This document shows, piece by piece, positions 37,521 to 46,158 of a stretch of 64,000 nucleotides of DNA. Positions within the stretch are counted from its first letter, which is position 1; every line of letters begins with the position of its first letter. The notes under the pieces were generated by a model. That model did not search any database, was not told the origin of the DNA, and worked only from the letters and a program-made list of their open reading frames with translations. Made by a program: the position numbers and the translations under genes. This DNA comes from Bacteroidales bacterium. GTDB taxonomy: Bacteria > Bacteroidota > Bacteroidia > Bacteroidales > FEN-979. Where the stretch lies: the NCBI GenBank assembly GCA_023231065.1, contig JALNWE010000001.1:13005-77004 (forward strand), in the 5' to 3' direction.

Positions 37521-37602
37521 TAATGATGGTCAAAGATATGAATATCTGTGGGTTTTTATGTTTTGGCTCAAAAAAAAAGGAAAAAACCTGGTAATAAAAT
37601 CT

Positions 37603-37637
37603 TTGTTTATTTTTTCACATTGCTAATTTTTTCACAG
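37603..37637. promoter_or_regulatory. two abutting Rex-operator-like palindromes (degenerate)
   Basis: TTGTTTATTTTTTCACAT (37603-37620) and TTGCTAATTTTTTCACAG (37620-37637) share one base, the same 17-bp register as at 25787-25821. They lie in the divergent hydS / hydC3 intergenic region. Confidence 0.5.
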
Positions 37638-37666
37638 GTAAATATTTCAGAATTAACTTTTATTGT

Positions 37667-37674
37667 TATTTTTG
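37667..37674 (+). promoter_or_regulatory. Bacteroidota -7 box TATTTTTG
   Basis: Matches TAnnTTTG, 29 bp upstream of the hydC3 ATG at 37703. Confidence 0.35.
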
Positions 37675-37702
37675 TAAAGAATAAACGATATATTTATGAT
37701 AT

Positions 37703-38167
37703 ATGGATGAAATTATCGGGATTGTTCTATCGAGATACCCGGCTGGCAAAAAAGAAGGGTTACTCCCGATCCTCCAGGAGATTCAGGAAGAAAAGGGTTT
37801 TTTAACCGGAGAAATCCTTAATGAAGTCTCTGCTTATCTTGACATTCCTGTCAATAAAATATATGGGGTCGCTGCATTTTATGATCAGTTTCGTTTCAAG
37901 CCCCATGGCCGTTTTCATATTCAATTATGCAATGGTACATCCTGTTATTTACACGGTTCTTTTCCTTTGTTGCGGGATTTGGAAAAGCAATTGAAAATCA
38001 AAGCTGGTAGCACGAGCCGTGACGGGAAGTTTAGCATAGAAATCATTCCCTGTATGGGGGCCTGCGAGCAATCACCTGTTATAAAAGTGAATGACACTTC
38101 TTACAATAAGGTCACCCAGGAAGATTTGAGGAAGATCATCCGAACCATAAAAGATAAATCTGAATAA
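37703..38167 (+). CDS. hydC: NuoE-like [2Fe-2S] subunit (locus 3)
   Basis: 154 aa. IQLCNGTSCYLHG...IIPCMGACEQSP. Confidence 0.9.
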   Translation: MDEIIGIVLSRYPAGKKEGLLPILQEIQEEKGFLTGEILNEVSAYLDIPVNKIYGVAAFYDQFRFKPHGRFHIQLCNGTSCYLHGSFPLLRDLEKQLKIKAGSTSRDGKFSIEIIPCMGACEQSPVIKVNDTSYNKVTQEDLRKIIRTIKDKSE

Positions 38168-38168
38168 A

Positions 38169-40118
38169 ATGTCAGCTTCAACCACCTTAAAGATTACAGA
38201 ATTTCTTGTTGAGAAGGTCGTAAAAAACTATTCGGGTTTTTATGATAAGGGAACTGCCGAGTTGCTTGCTCAGATAAAAAGGGAAAAAGTGACGCGCCCG
38301 GTCATTTATATAGGGATGGGGACTTGCGGTTTGGTTGCAGGAGCAGGTAAAACCATGAAAGCAGTTGAAAACTACCTGGAGGAAAACAAGCTGGATGCAG
38401 AAATAATCAAGGTTGGCTGCATCGGGCTCTGCTCTGCTGAACCAATCATGGATGTTCAATTACCTGGTAAGGCCCGGATTTCTTTTCAACATGCCACCGA
38501 AGAAAAGGTCGAAGACTTGCTGAATGCTGTTTTTCATCATACTCTGATGCACGACAATTCCCTGGGGCAATACCGTTTCTCCTCTCATGAGGATTGGCCT
38601 GGTTTACCTTATATTGAACAACTTCCATTTTTCGCTTCCCAGCGCAGGATTGTATTGCGAAATGCCGGGATTATTTCGCCTTTATCCATTCATGATTACA
38701 TGGCACGGGGTGGGTACAGGTCATTGTTCAAAACCGTTCTTAATTATACCCCTGAAAAGGTTTGTGAGATCATAGATCAGAGTGAATTAAGAGGACGCGC
38801 CGGCGGAGGGTACCCTACCGGTAAAAAATGGTTGGTCGCTTTGAATACTGGCAGCGATCAGAAATACCTTATTTGTAATGCTGACGAGAGTGATCCAGGC
38901 GCTTATATGGATCGGACACTTCTGGAAGGGGATCCTCACAGGGTGATCGAAGGGATGGCCATTGCAGCATATGCAATCGGAGCAAACAAAGCATTTATTT
39001 ACCTTAGGTCAGATTACAAGCAATCCATACTCCTGCTTCAACATGCATTACTGGAAGCCAGAACATGCGGTTTTTTAGGAGAAAATATTTTTGGGAGTGG
39101 GTTTAACCTGAGCGTTTTTATCCGCCAGGGCGCAGGCGCTTTTGTATGTGGTGAAGAGACCGCCCTGATATCGAGTCTCGAAGGAAGTCGCGGCATTCCT
39201 CATGAAAAACCCCCCTTTCCAGCTGAGAAGGGGTTGTTGGGACATCCTACCATTGTTAACAATGTTGAAACACTTGCCAATATACCACCCATTCTTGAAA
39301 ATGGCCCTTCATGGTTCAAAGCCATCGGTAAAAAAGGCAGCACCGGTACGAAAGTGATCTGCATCACCGGGAATGGGGTTCATACGGGTGTGGTAGAGAT
39401 TCCTATGGGAATAAAAATTTCGGATATTGTCTATTCCATCGCCGGAGGCATAAAAAATGATAAAAAACTGAAAGCCGTTCAGCTTGGAGGTCCGGCTGGC
39501 ATCTGCATTCCGCCCAAAGACCTGGATGTAGAAATAGGATATGATTCTTTGGAGGAGATCGGAGCCTCAACGGGTTTAGGAGGGCTTATCATTCTTGATG
39601 AAGATACCTGCATGGTAAATTTATCTAAATATTTTATGGATTTTCTACAAAAGGAAAGTTGTGGTAAGTGTATTCCCTGCCGTGAAGGAACAAAAAGAAT
39701 GTTGGAGATACTGGAAGGGATTACACGTCGGCCAAAAGAAGAGAGTTCGCATGAAACCCTTGAAAGGTTTAAAGGTGTTGTTCAACTGGAGAATCTGGCA
39801 GAAGTGATCAGGGATACTTCGTTATGTGGTTTGGGCCAGAATGCCTCAAACCCAGTTCTTTCAAGCCTTAAATGGTTCAGGGAAGAATATGAAGAACACA
39901 TCTTTGACAGGAAATGTCAGGCAGGCGTTTGTCATGATCTCAGGACTTTTTACATCGATGTTGAACTATGCAACGGATGCAATGTGTGTCAGAAAAAATG
40001 TCCTGAAAATGCCATCATTGGCTCCGTTAAGATGCCTCATTTCATCATCGAATCAAAATGTACCGGATGCGGAATCTGTTTTGACAGTTGTAAGTTCAGT
40101 GCGATCTATTTTAAATAA
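38169..40118 (+). CDS. hydB: NuoF-like flavoprotein subunit with extended N-terminal 2Fe-2S domain (locus 3)
   Basis: 649 aa. N-terminal GMGTCGLVAGAGKT...VGCIGLCSAEP, ELRGRAGGGYPTGKKW, ESCGKCIPCREG and a C-terminal 2x CxxCxxCxxxC. Confidence 0.93.
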   Translation: MSASTTLKITEFLVEKVVKNYSGFYDKGTAELLAQIKREKVTRPVIYIGMGTCGLVAGAGKTMKAVENYLEENKLDAEIIKVGCIGLCSAEPIMDVQLPGKARISFQHATEEKVEDLLNAVFHHTLMHDNSLGQYRFSSHEDWPGLPYIEQLPFFASQRRIVLRNAGIISPLSIHDYMARGGYRSLFKTVLNYTPEKVCEIIDQSELRGRAGGGYPTGKKWLVALNTGSDQKYLICNADESDPGAYMDRTLLEGDPHRVIEGMAIAAYAIGANKAFIYLRSDYKQSILLLQHALLEARTCGFLGENIFGSGFNLSVFIRQGAGAFVCGEETALISSLEGSRGIPHEKPPFPAEKGLLGHPTIVNNVETLANIPPILENGPSWFKAIGKKGSTGTKVICITGNGVHTGVVEIPMGIKISDIVYSIAGGIKNDKKLKAVQLGGPAGICIPPKDLDVEIGYDSLEEIGASTGLGGLIILDEDTCMVNLSKYFMDFLQKESCGKCIPCREGTKRMLEILEGITRRPKEESSHETLERFKGVVQLENLAEVIRDTSLCGLGQNASNPVLSSLKWFREEYEEHIFDRKCQAGVCHDLRTFYIDVELCNGCNVCQKKCPENAIIGSVKMPHFIIESKCTGCGICFDSCKFSAIYFK

Positions 40119-40125
40119 CAGGAAA

Positions 40126-41847
40126 ATGCAATTTGATATTGAGATCAACGATGAACATGTAACCGCAAAAAGGGGAGAAACGATAAAAAACGTTTTAGAC
40201 CGTATCGGGATCAAAGTACCGACATTGTGTTACATGAATGGATTTTCACCCACGGGAAGCTGTAGAATGTGTGTTGTGGAAGTAGATGGGATACCAGGGC
40301 TCGTTCCTTCCTGTTCTCATCTTGTTGAGGAGTGGATGAAGATAAAAACACATTCCCCACGCGTAATCAAAGCCAGAAAAACCCTGATTGAACTTTTGTT
40401 AGCCAGTCATCCAAATGATTGTCTTTATTGTGAAAAAAACGGTCAATGTGAACTTCAGGTTCTTGCGTCAGAGCTTCAGGTAAGGGAGCGAAAATATCAA
40501 TCGAAAAGGACTCCCATTCAAATTGATAAAATTTGTCCAAGTATTGAGCGGGATCCTGCAAAATGTGTCCTATGTGAAAGGTGTGTCAGGGTTTGCAATG
40601 AGATCATCGGGGTTGGCGCCATTGACATAATCGGCCGTGGAAGCGAGAGCCGTATTGGTACCACCTATAACAAAGGATTGAATGTTAAAGCCTGTGTAAA
40701 ATGCGGACAATGTATTCAGGTATGTCCAACGGGGGCATTAACAGAAAAACAGTCTTTTCAGGCTGTGATGGAAGCCCTGAATAAACCCGGACTTTTCCCC
40801 GTACTACAGTTTTCGCCCACAGTCCCAGCTGCTATTGCTGAGGAATTCAATCTGAAAACGAATAAAGATGTGCTAAACCTGTTAAGGGCCGCTTTAAAAA
40901 AGATGGGATTTCGCCAGGTATTTGATACTTCCATGGCAGCTGATCTGAACATCATGGAAGAGGCAGCTGAGTTCATCGACCGTTTAAAAAGCCAAAAAGA
41001 TCTTCCACTTTTTACATCTTGTTGCCCATCATGGGTTCATTTTGTCGAAGCGCTCAGGCCCGGATTTCTGCCAAAACTCTCTACCACCTTGCCCCCTCAG
41101 CAGATCATGGGTAGGCTTATCAAGCAGTATATTACCAGCTCGGCCGGGCAAAAGCCAGAGGATGTATATGTTGTCTCTGTGATGCCATGTACTGCTAAGA
41201 AAGATGAAGCAGGAAAAGATTATCTAAAGGATTCGGAAACCCGTTTTGTTGATGCAGTAATCACAACCCGTGAGTTAATCAAGATGATCCGGTTGATGGG
41301 CATCGATTTTTCAGGATTAGAGCCTGAGCCCAATGACTCTTCTTTTAGCATCAGGAGTTCTGCCAGTAAACTCTTTGGAGTTGCAGGAGGTCATCTTGAA
41401 GGTTTGATCAGAACCATTCACTTCAACCTTACAGGTCAGGAACTGTCACCATTAAAACTAACAGATTTAAGAGGTCTCAAAACCAGAAAAGAAACGAGGA
41501 TCAGACTTGGCAAGCAATTGATTAATGTGGTTTCAGTCAGTGGATTGGCCAACATTAAATCCATTCTTGATGAAATTGAAGCAGGTAAGGGAGATGTCCA
41601 TATCATTGAGGTCATGGCTTGTCCTTATGGATGCATTAACGGTGGAGGTCAGCCAAAAGGGAGTGATGAAAAGAGTTTAAAAGGAAGGATGAAAGTAATT
41701 TACGATGTTGATGAAGAAGAAATCATCAAAGTGGCTCATAAAAATCCGATTATGACTGGTTTATATGAAAAATTTCTTGACAGGCCCAACAGCGACAGAA
41801 ATAAAGAATTACTTCATGTTTTACGCAATTCAATCGAAATCCAATGA
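40126..41847 (+). CDS. hydA: [FeFe]-hydrogenase catalytic subunit (locus 3)
   Basis: Start at the ATG at 40126, after the hydB stop. P1 TSCCPSW, P2 MPCTAKKDE, P3 EVMACPYGCINGGGQP. Confidence 0.93.
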   Translation: MQFDIEINDEHVTAKRGETIKNVLDRIGIKVPTLCYMNGFSPTGSCRMCVVEVDGIPGLVPSCSHLVEEWMKIKTHSPRVIKARKTLIELLLASHPNDCLYCEKNGQCELQVLASELQVRERKYQSKRTPIQIDKICPSIERDPAKCVLCERCVRVCNEIIGVGAIDIIGRGSESRIGTTYNKGLNVKACVKCGQCIQVCPTGALTEKQSFQAVMEALNKPGLFPVLQFSPTVPAAIAEEFNLKTNKDVLNLLRAALKKMGFRQVFDTSMAADLNIMEEAAEFIDRLKSQKDLPLFTSCCPSWVHFVEALRPGFLPKLSTTLPPQQIMGRLIKQYITSSAGQKPEDVYVVSVMPCTAKKDEAGKDYLKDSETRFVDAVITTRELIKMIRLMGIDFSGLEPEPNDSSFSIRSSASKLFGVAGGHLEGLIRTIHFNLTGQELSPLKLTDLRGLKTRKETRIRLGKQLINVVSVSGLANIKSILDEIEAGKGDVHIIEVMACPYGCINGGGQPKGSDEKSLKGRMKVIYDVDEEEIIKVAHKNPIMTGLYEKFLDRPNSDRNKELLHVLRNSIEIQ

Positions 41848-43826
41848 GTCATTCTTATCACCGGCAGTTGGTTTTTACCATCAAGGAAAGATGCAGGGTT
41901 TGCTTTACCTGTGTAAGGGAATGTCCGGTAAAGGCCATTAAAATTATCAATGGCCAGGCTGAAGTTCTCAATGAGCGGTGCATTGGATGCGGGAATTGCG
42001 TCAAGGTTTGTAGCCAGGGTGCAAAAATCCCCCTGAATTCAGTCAATGAAGTGGAAGAAATGTTAGCATCTGATCATCTCATCGCGGCTTGCATTGCCCC
42101 CAGTTTTCCAGCTGAGTTTGAGGAAATTAAAGATCACCGGGTCATTGTTGGCATGGTACGGAAGCTTGGTTTCGATTTTGTTACGGAAGTTTCTTTTGGC
42201 GCTGATCTCGTAGCGCAAGCTTATGAAAAGAGACTTAAAAATGAACAGAAAGGAGGGGATATTTCTTCAGATTGTCCTGCCATTGTATATTTTATTCGTC
42301 AGTATAACCCCGATTTAGTCCCTTATCTTGCTCCTATTGCCTCCCCTATGGTTGCCATGACGCGGGTAATGAAAAAAAAACATGGGGCTGGTTTGAAGGT
42401 TGTTTTTATTGGACCTTGTTTCGCCAAAAAAGCAGAAACAGAAGAGGTGGATGAAGTATTGACCTTCAGGGAGCTCCGTGGAATGTTGCAGAAACGTAAT
42501 ATCTCTCCTGAAAACATTACCCCGTCTGAGTTTGATCCTCCATATAGCAGTAAGGGCGCCATTTTTCCTATAAGCCGGGGCCTCTATTATACTTCCAACA
42601 GTCAGGAAGCAATACCGGAAGAACATGTAGTGATAGCTGAAGGCCGAATTAACTTTAAGGAAGCCGTCAAGGAATTTGAAGATGGTTTTATCCGCGACAA
42701 GCACCTGATGCTACTTTGCTGTGAAGGATGTATCATGGGGCCCGGAACATCACCCGGAGGAAAACGGTTTTCACGCAGTGCGGCCGTCGGGGAATATGTC
42801 GGGAAAAAAATGCAGAATATTGACATGGAAACCTGGCAACGGGATATTGATTTTTACAGTGACATCGATCTTTCACAAAGTTTCAATCCAGAAGATCGCC
42901 GGCTCGGACCTGCCTCCAACGAAGATGTATTACAGGCGCTTCATGAAATGGGAAAGTTTACCGAGAAGGATCATCTGAATTGCGGGGCCTGTGGTTATGA
43001 TACATGCGTTGAGCATGCGACTGCCATTGTGCAGCGATTAGCTGAAACAGAGATGTGCCTACCATATACCATTGAAAAGTTACATGATTCGATCAATGAT
43101 CTTAATATTTCCAATGAAAAGCTTGCCCATGCGAAAGCAGCCTTAAAACAATCTGAGAAATTGGCCCACATGGGACAGCTTTCAGCCGGCATCGCCCACG
43201 AGTTGAATAACCCGCTGGGTGTTATTACCATGTACAGCAACATTTTAATGGATGAGGCCCCTGAAGGCGCTGCAGTCCGGGAGGATCTCAAACTGATCGT
43301 AGAACAAGCCGACCGGTGTAAAAAAATTGTCAGTGGTTTGTTAAACTTTGCCCGAAAGAACCAGGTGAATTTATCGGAGACGGATGTCGTAAAATTTCTC
43401 AACCACAGTGTCAATTCCATTATTAAGCCCGACAATATTACGATAACGGTTATACCCAACATCCAGGATCCCGTTGCTTTTCTTGATATTGATCAGATGA
43501 TGCAGGTTTTAACCAACCTTGAAAAGAATGCCATTGAAGCCATGCCCAATGGCGGATCGTTAACGGTCAGTGTAGAAGGGAATAAAGAGGAGGTTATTTT
43601 TATTGTGAAGGATACCGGAACAGGAATAGCGAAGGAATATATGGACAAACTTTTTACCCCGTTTTTTACCACCAAGGAGATGGGGAAAGGCACGGGGCTC
43701 GGGCTTGCCCTGATATATGGGATTGTCAAGATGCACAAAGGAAAGATCCACGTTGATTCCAATGATGATCCAGCCGCCGGACCCACCGGATCCACGTTCA
43801 GAATAACCGTACCGAGGGGCAGATGA
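41844..43826 (+). CDS. sensory [FeFe]-hydrogenase-like domain fused to a histidine kinase
   Basis: 660 aa. ATGA overlap with hydA3. Ferredoxin motifs, ISSDCPAIV / IGPCFAKK / LCCEGCIMGPG, CGACGYDTC-x16-C, then HisKA H-box IAHELNNPLG and HATPase_c (DTGTGI, GTGLGL). Confidence 0.88.
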   Translation: MSHSYHRQLVFTIKERCRVCFTCVRECPVKAIKIINGQAEVLNERCIGCGNCVKVCSQGAKIPLNSVNEVEEMLASDHLIAACIAPSFPAEFEEIKDHRVIVGMVRKLGFDFVTEVSFGADLVAQAYEKRLKNEQKGGDISSDCPAIVYFIRQYNPDLVPYLAPIASPMVAMTRVMKKKHGAGLKVVFIGPCFAKKAETEEVDEVLTFRELRGMLQKRNISPENITPSEFDPPYSSKGAIFPISRGLYYTSNSQEAIPEEHVVIAEGRINFKEAVKEFEDGFIRDKHLMLLCCEGCIMGPGTSPGGKRFSRSAAVGEYVGKKMQNIDMETWQRDIDFYSDIDLSQSFNPEDRRLGPASNEDVLQALHEMGKFTEKDHLNCGACGYDTCVEHATAIVQRLAETEMCLPYTIEKLHDSINDLNISNEKLAHAKAALKQSEKLAHMGQLSAGIAHELNNPLGVITMYSNILMDEAPEGAAVREDLKLIVEQADRCKKIVSGLLNFARKNQVNLSETDVVKFLNHSVNSIIKPDNITITVIPNIQDPVAFLDIDQMMQVLTNLEKNAIEAMPNGGSLTVSVEGNKEEVIFIVKDTGTGIAKEYMDKLFTPFFTTKEMGKGTGLGLALIYGIVKMHKGKIHVDSNDDPAAGPTGSTFRITVPRGR

Positions 43827-43908
43827 CCATTGACCATTGACCATTGACTATTGACTATTGACCATTGACTATTGACTATTGACCATTTGACTATTGACCA
43901 TTTGACTA
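43824..43908. repeat. 12-unit heptanucleotide tandem array TGACYAT starting on the TGA stop codon
   Basis: Units TGACCAT x3, TGACTAT x2, TGACCAT, TGACTAT x2, TGACCAT, T, TGACTAT, TGACCAT, T, TGACTA. It fills most of the 105-bp intergenic gap. Confidence 0.95.
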
Positions 43909-43930
43909 ACATATTAAAACAATCAGCAAG

Positions 43931-44335
43931 ATGAAACCGGGGAATGTGACAATTTTAATTGTGGATGATGATCAGGATTATCTGTTCCAGCTACAATCAA
44001 AAATTCAAAAATTTGGCTTTGAAACCATCACGGCAGATAGCCAGAAAGAAGCCGAGGAATTGATCGAAAAAATCAAGCCTGATCTTGCTATCCTTGATCT
44101 GATGATGGAGAACGAAGACAGCGGGTTCATCCTCTGCTACAAGATGAAAAAGAAGTACCCGGACGTACCGATTATTATTGCAACAGGGGTTATGGCGGAA
44201 ACGGGAATCAATTTTGATATCAATGACGAAAATAACCGTAAGTGGATTAAAGCTGATTGTTTCCTTGACAAGGGTATCCGTACGGAACGTCTAAAAGAAG
44301 AAATTGACAAATTGCTTATGAAATCCAAAACGTGA
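43931..44335 (+). CDS. single-domain response regulator (REC only)
   Basis: 134 aa. ILIVDDD...AILDLMM...T..K receiver signature with no output domain. Confidence 0.88.
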   Translation: MKPGNVTILIVDDDQDYLFQLQSKIQKFGFETITADSQKEAEELIEKIKPDLAILDLMMENEDSGFILCYKMKKKYPDVPIIIATGVMAETGINFDINDENNRKWIKADCFLDKGIRTERLKEEIDKLLMKSKT

Positions 44336-44381
44336 CCAGAAATTTTCGATTTTCCAAATATTTTGACCTGAATTCACCAAT

Positions 44382-45515
44382 ATGTCAACATTAAAAATTC
44401 TTGTTGTAGATGACGAACCCGGCATACGCAGCGGTGTCACACGGATATTAAGAAATTTCAGGGTTGACTACCCTTTTATGGATGAAGCCTTTGATTTTGA
44501 AGTCTTAGAAGCTTCGACGGGGGAAGAAGGAATAGAGATCATAGAAAATAACCTCCCTGATATTTTACTTCTCGACAATAAATTGCCAGGCATCCAGGGC
44601 ATTGAGGTCCTTGAATACATAAAAAAGAAGCAGAAGAACATTATCGTTGTTATGATAACTTCTTATGCTTCCCTGGAACTGGCTGTAAAAGCGACCAGCG
44701 ATGGGGCTTATGATTTTATCCCGAAACCATTTACGCCCCAGGAGTTGAAGTCATCGATAGAAAACATCACCAAGCGCGTTTTTCTTAAAAAGATGACCAA
44801 TAAATTACAGGATACAGGAAAGCAAATCAGGTTTACTTTTTTATCATTATTATCGCATGAATTAAAAGCGCCGCTTAATGCCATTGAAGGATATCTAAAG
44901 ATGATCAAAGAGCGGCAACAGGGCCCAAAAATCGAAGATTATGATGTGATGATCGACCGGTCGCTTGACCGTATCAAAGGGATGCGTAGCCTCATCCTTG
45001 ACCTTCTGGACCTGACGCGGGTTGAATCCGGTAAAACCAAACGAGATATAACAGATGTTGATTTGGTCCAGATTGCAAGGACCGCCATGGATACCATGCG
45101 ACCTTACGCGATACAACGGGACGTAAAACTGGTTTTACATGGGGTGTCACCCCTGATGCTTCAGGCAGATGCAGAGGAAATTGAAATTATTTTCAACAAC
45201 CTCATTTCCAATGCAATAAAATACAACAAGGATGGAGGGACCGTTGATTGTACCATTGAGAGGGCAGATAGTTTTATGGTGATCAAAGTGGTTGACACAG
45301 GCATAGGAATGAGCCAGGCTGAAATCGAAAAGATCTTTGAAGATTTTGTAAGGATTAAAAACGAAAAAACAAAAAACATATCAGGAAGCGGATTGGGTTT
45401 GCCTATTGTTAAAAAATTCATTGATGAATATTCGGGAAAAATAGAAGTAAGCAGTGTCCCGGATCAAGGAAGTACCTTTACAGTAACTTTACCAATTGAA
45501 AAACCATGTTTATAA
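44382..45515 (+). CDS. REC-HisKA-HATPase_c hybrid kinase
   Basis: 377 aa. ILVVDDE..LLLDNKLP receiver, H-box LSHELKAPLNAI, DTGIGM and GSGLGL. Confidence 0.88.
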   Translation: MSTLKILVVDDEPGIRSGVTRILRNFRVDYPFMDEAFDFEVLEASTGEEGIEIIENNLPDILLLDNKLPGIQGIEVLEYIKKKQKNIIVVMITSYASLELAVKATSDGAYDFIPKPFTPQELKSSIENITKRVFLKKMTNKLQDTGKQIRFTFLSLLSHELKAPLNAIEGYLKMIKERQQGPKIEDYDVMIDRSLDRIKGMRSLILDLLDLTRVESGKTKRDITDVDLVQIARTAMDTMRPYAIQRDVKLVLHGVSPLMLQADAEEIEIIFNNLISNAIKYNKDGGTVDCTIERADSFMVIKVVDTGIGMSQAEIEKIFEDFVRIKNEKTKNISGSGLGLPIVKKFIDEYSGKIEVSSVPDQGSTFTVTLPIEKPCL

Positions 45516-46147
45516 GAAATTTACCTCATAAGACAGTGGAGCGGTTGAGCCAATATCGCCGTTCTTTGCTGATGATCCTTTCCAAAGAGAAAACCCATGT
45601 ATTTTCCCATGAAATTGCCCAGATGCTGCATATCACCCCGGTTCAGGTACGAAGGGACCTGATGCTGATCGGATATTCCGGAAATCTGAGAAAAGGTTAT
45701 GATATCAGGGAGTTGATCGAACTGATAGGAAAAATCATAGACTCTGAGAAAGGCCAGCGTGTAGCGGTTGTCGGGCTTGGAAATTTAGGAAAGGCAATGA
45801 TCAGCTATTTTAAAGGTAAACGATCTAAACTCACTATCATTGCTGCTTTTGATATAAATCCGGAAAAAATAAACCGCGTCTATGACGGTGTTGCTTGCTA
45901 TCATGTCAATCAGATGACAGATATCATCAAGCAAAACAATATTTCGATCGGAATTGTATCTGTTCCGTCGGAGCAAGCCCCTGAGATTGCTGAGACCCTT
46001 GTATTGGCTGGCATCAAAGGCATTCTCAATTTCACCCCAAAGCCGCTTAATGTGCCGCCTTATGTATATCTCGAAGAATACGACATGATCACATCACTTG
46101 AAAAGGTTGCTTTCTTCGCAAAGAAAAATGATGAACGTTTTAAGTAG
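45506..46147 (+). CDS. rex: redox-sensing transcriptional repressor Rex
   Basis: 213 aa. N-terminal wHTH (ERLSQYRRSL...ITPVQVRRDL), Rossmann VVGLGNLGKA, AGIKGILNFTP. The ATG lies 10 nt inside the preceding kinase gene. Confidence 0.9.
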   Translation: MFIRNLPHKTVERLSQYRRSLLMILSKEKTHVFSHEIAQMLHITPVQVRRDLMLIGYSGNLRKGYDIRELIELIGKIIDSEKGQRVAVVGLGNLGKAMISYFKGKRSKLTIIAAFDINPEKINRVYDGVACYHVNQMTDIIKQNNISIGIVSVPSEQAPEIAETLVLAGIKGILNFTPKPLNVPPYVYLEEYDMITSLEKVAFFAKKNDERFK

Positions 46148-46158
46148 AAAAGCAGCCC

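Noticed and set aside
37548-37805. 85-aa plus-strand ORF in the hydS / hydC3 intergenic region
   Set aside because: It is a low-complexity Lys/Phe-rich translation of AT-rich promoter DNA, and it overlaps the hydC3 start out of frame.
43824-43908. Tandem arrays (also 47873-47908 and 57336-57391) considered as CRISPR
   Set aside because: The units are 7 bp and contiguous with no spacers, and no cas genes are present.
43493-43912. 139-aa minus-strand ORF with a WSIVNSQ-type periodic N-terminus
   Set aside because: It is a translation artefact of the heptad DNA repeat, and the remainder is antisense to the well-supported sensor-kinase gene.
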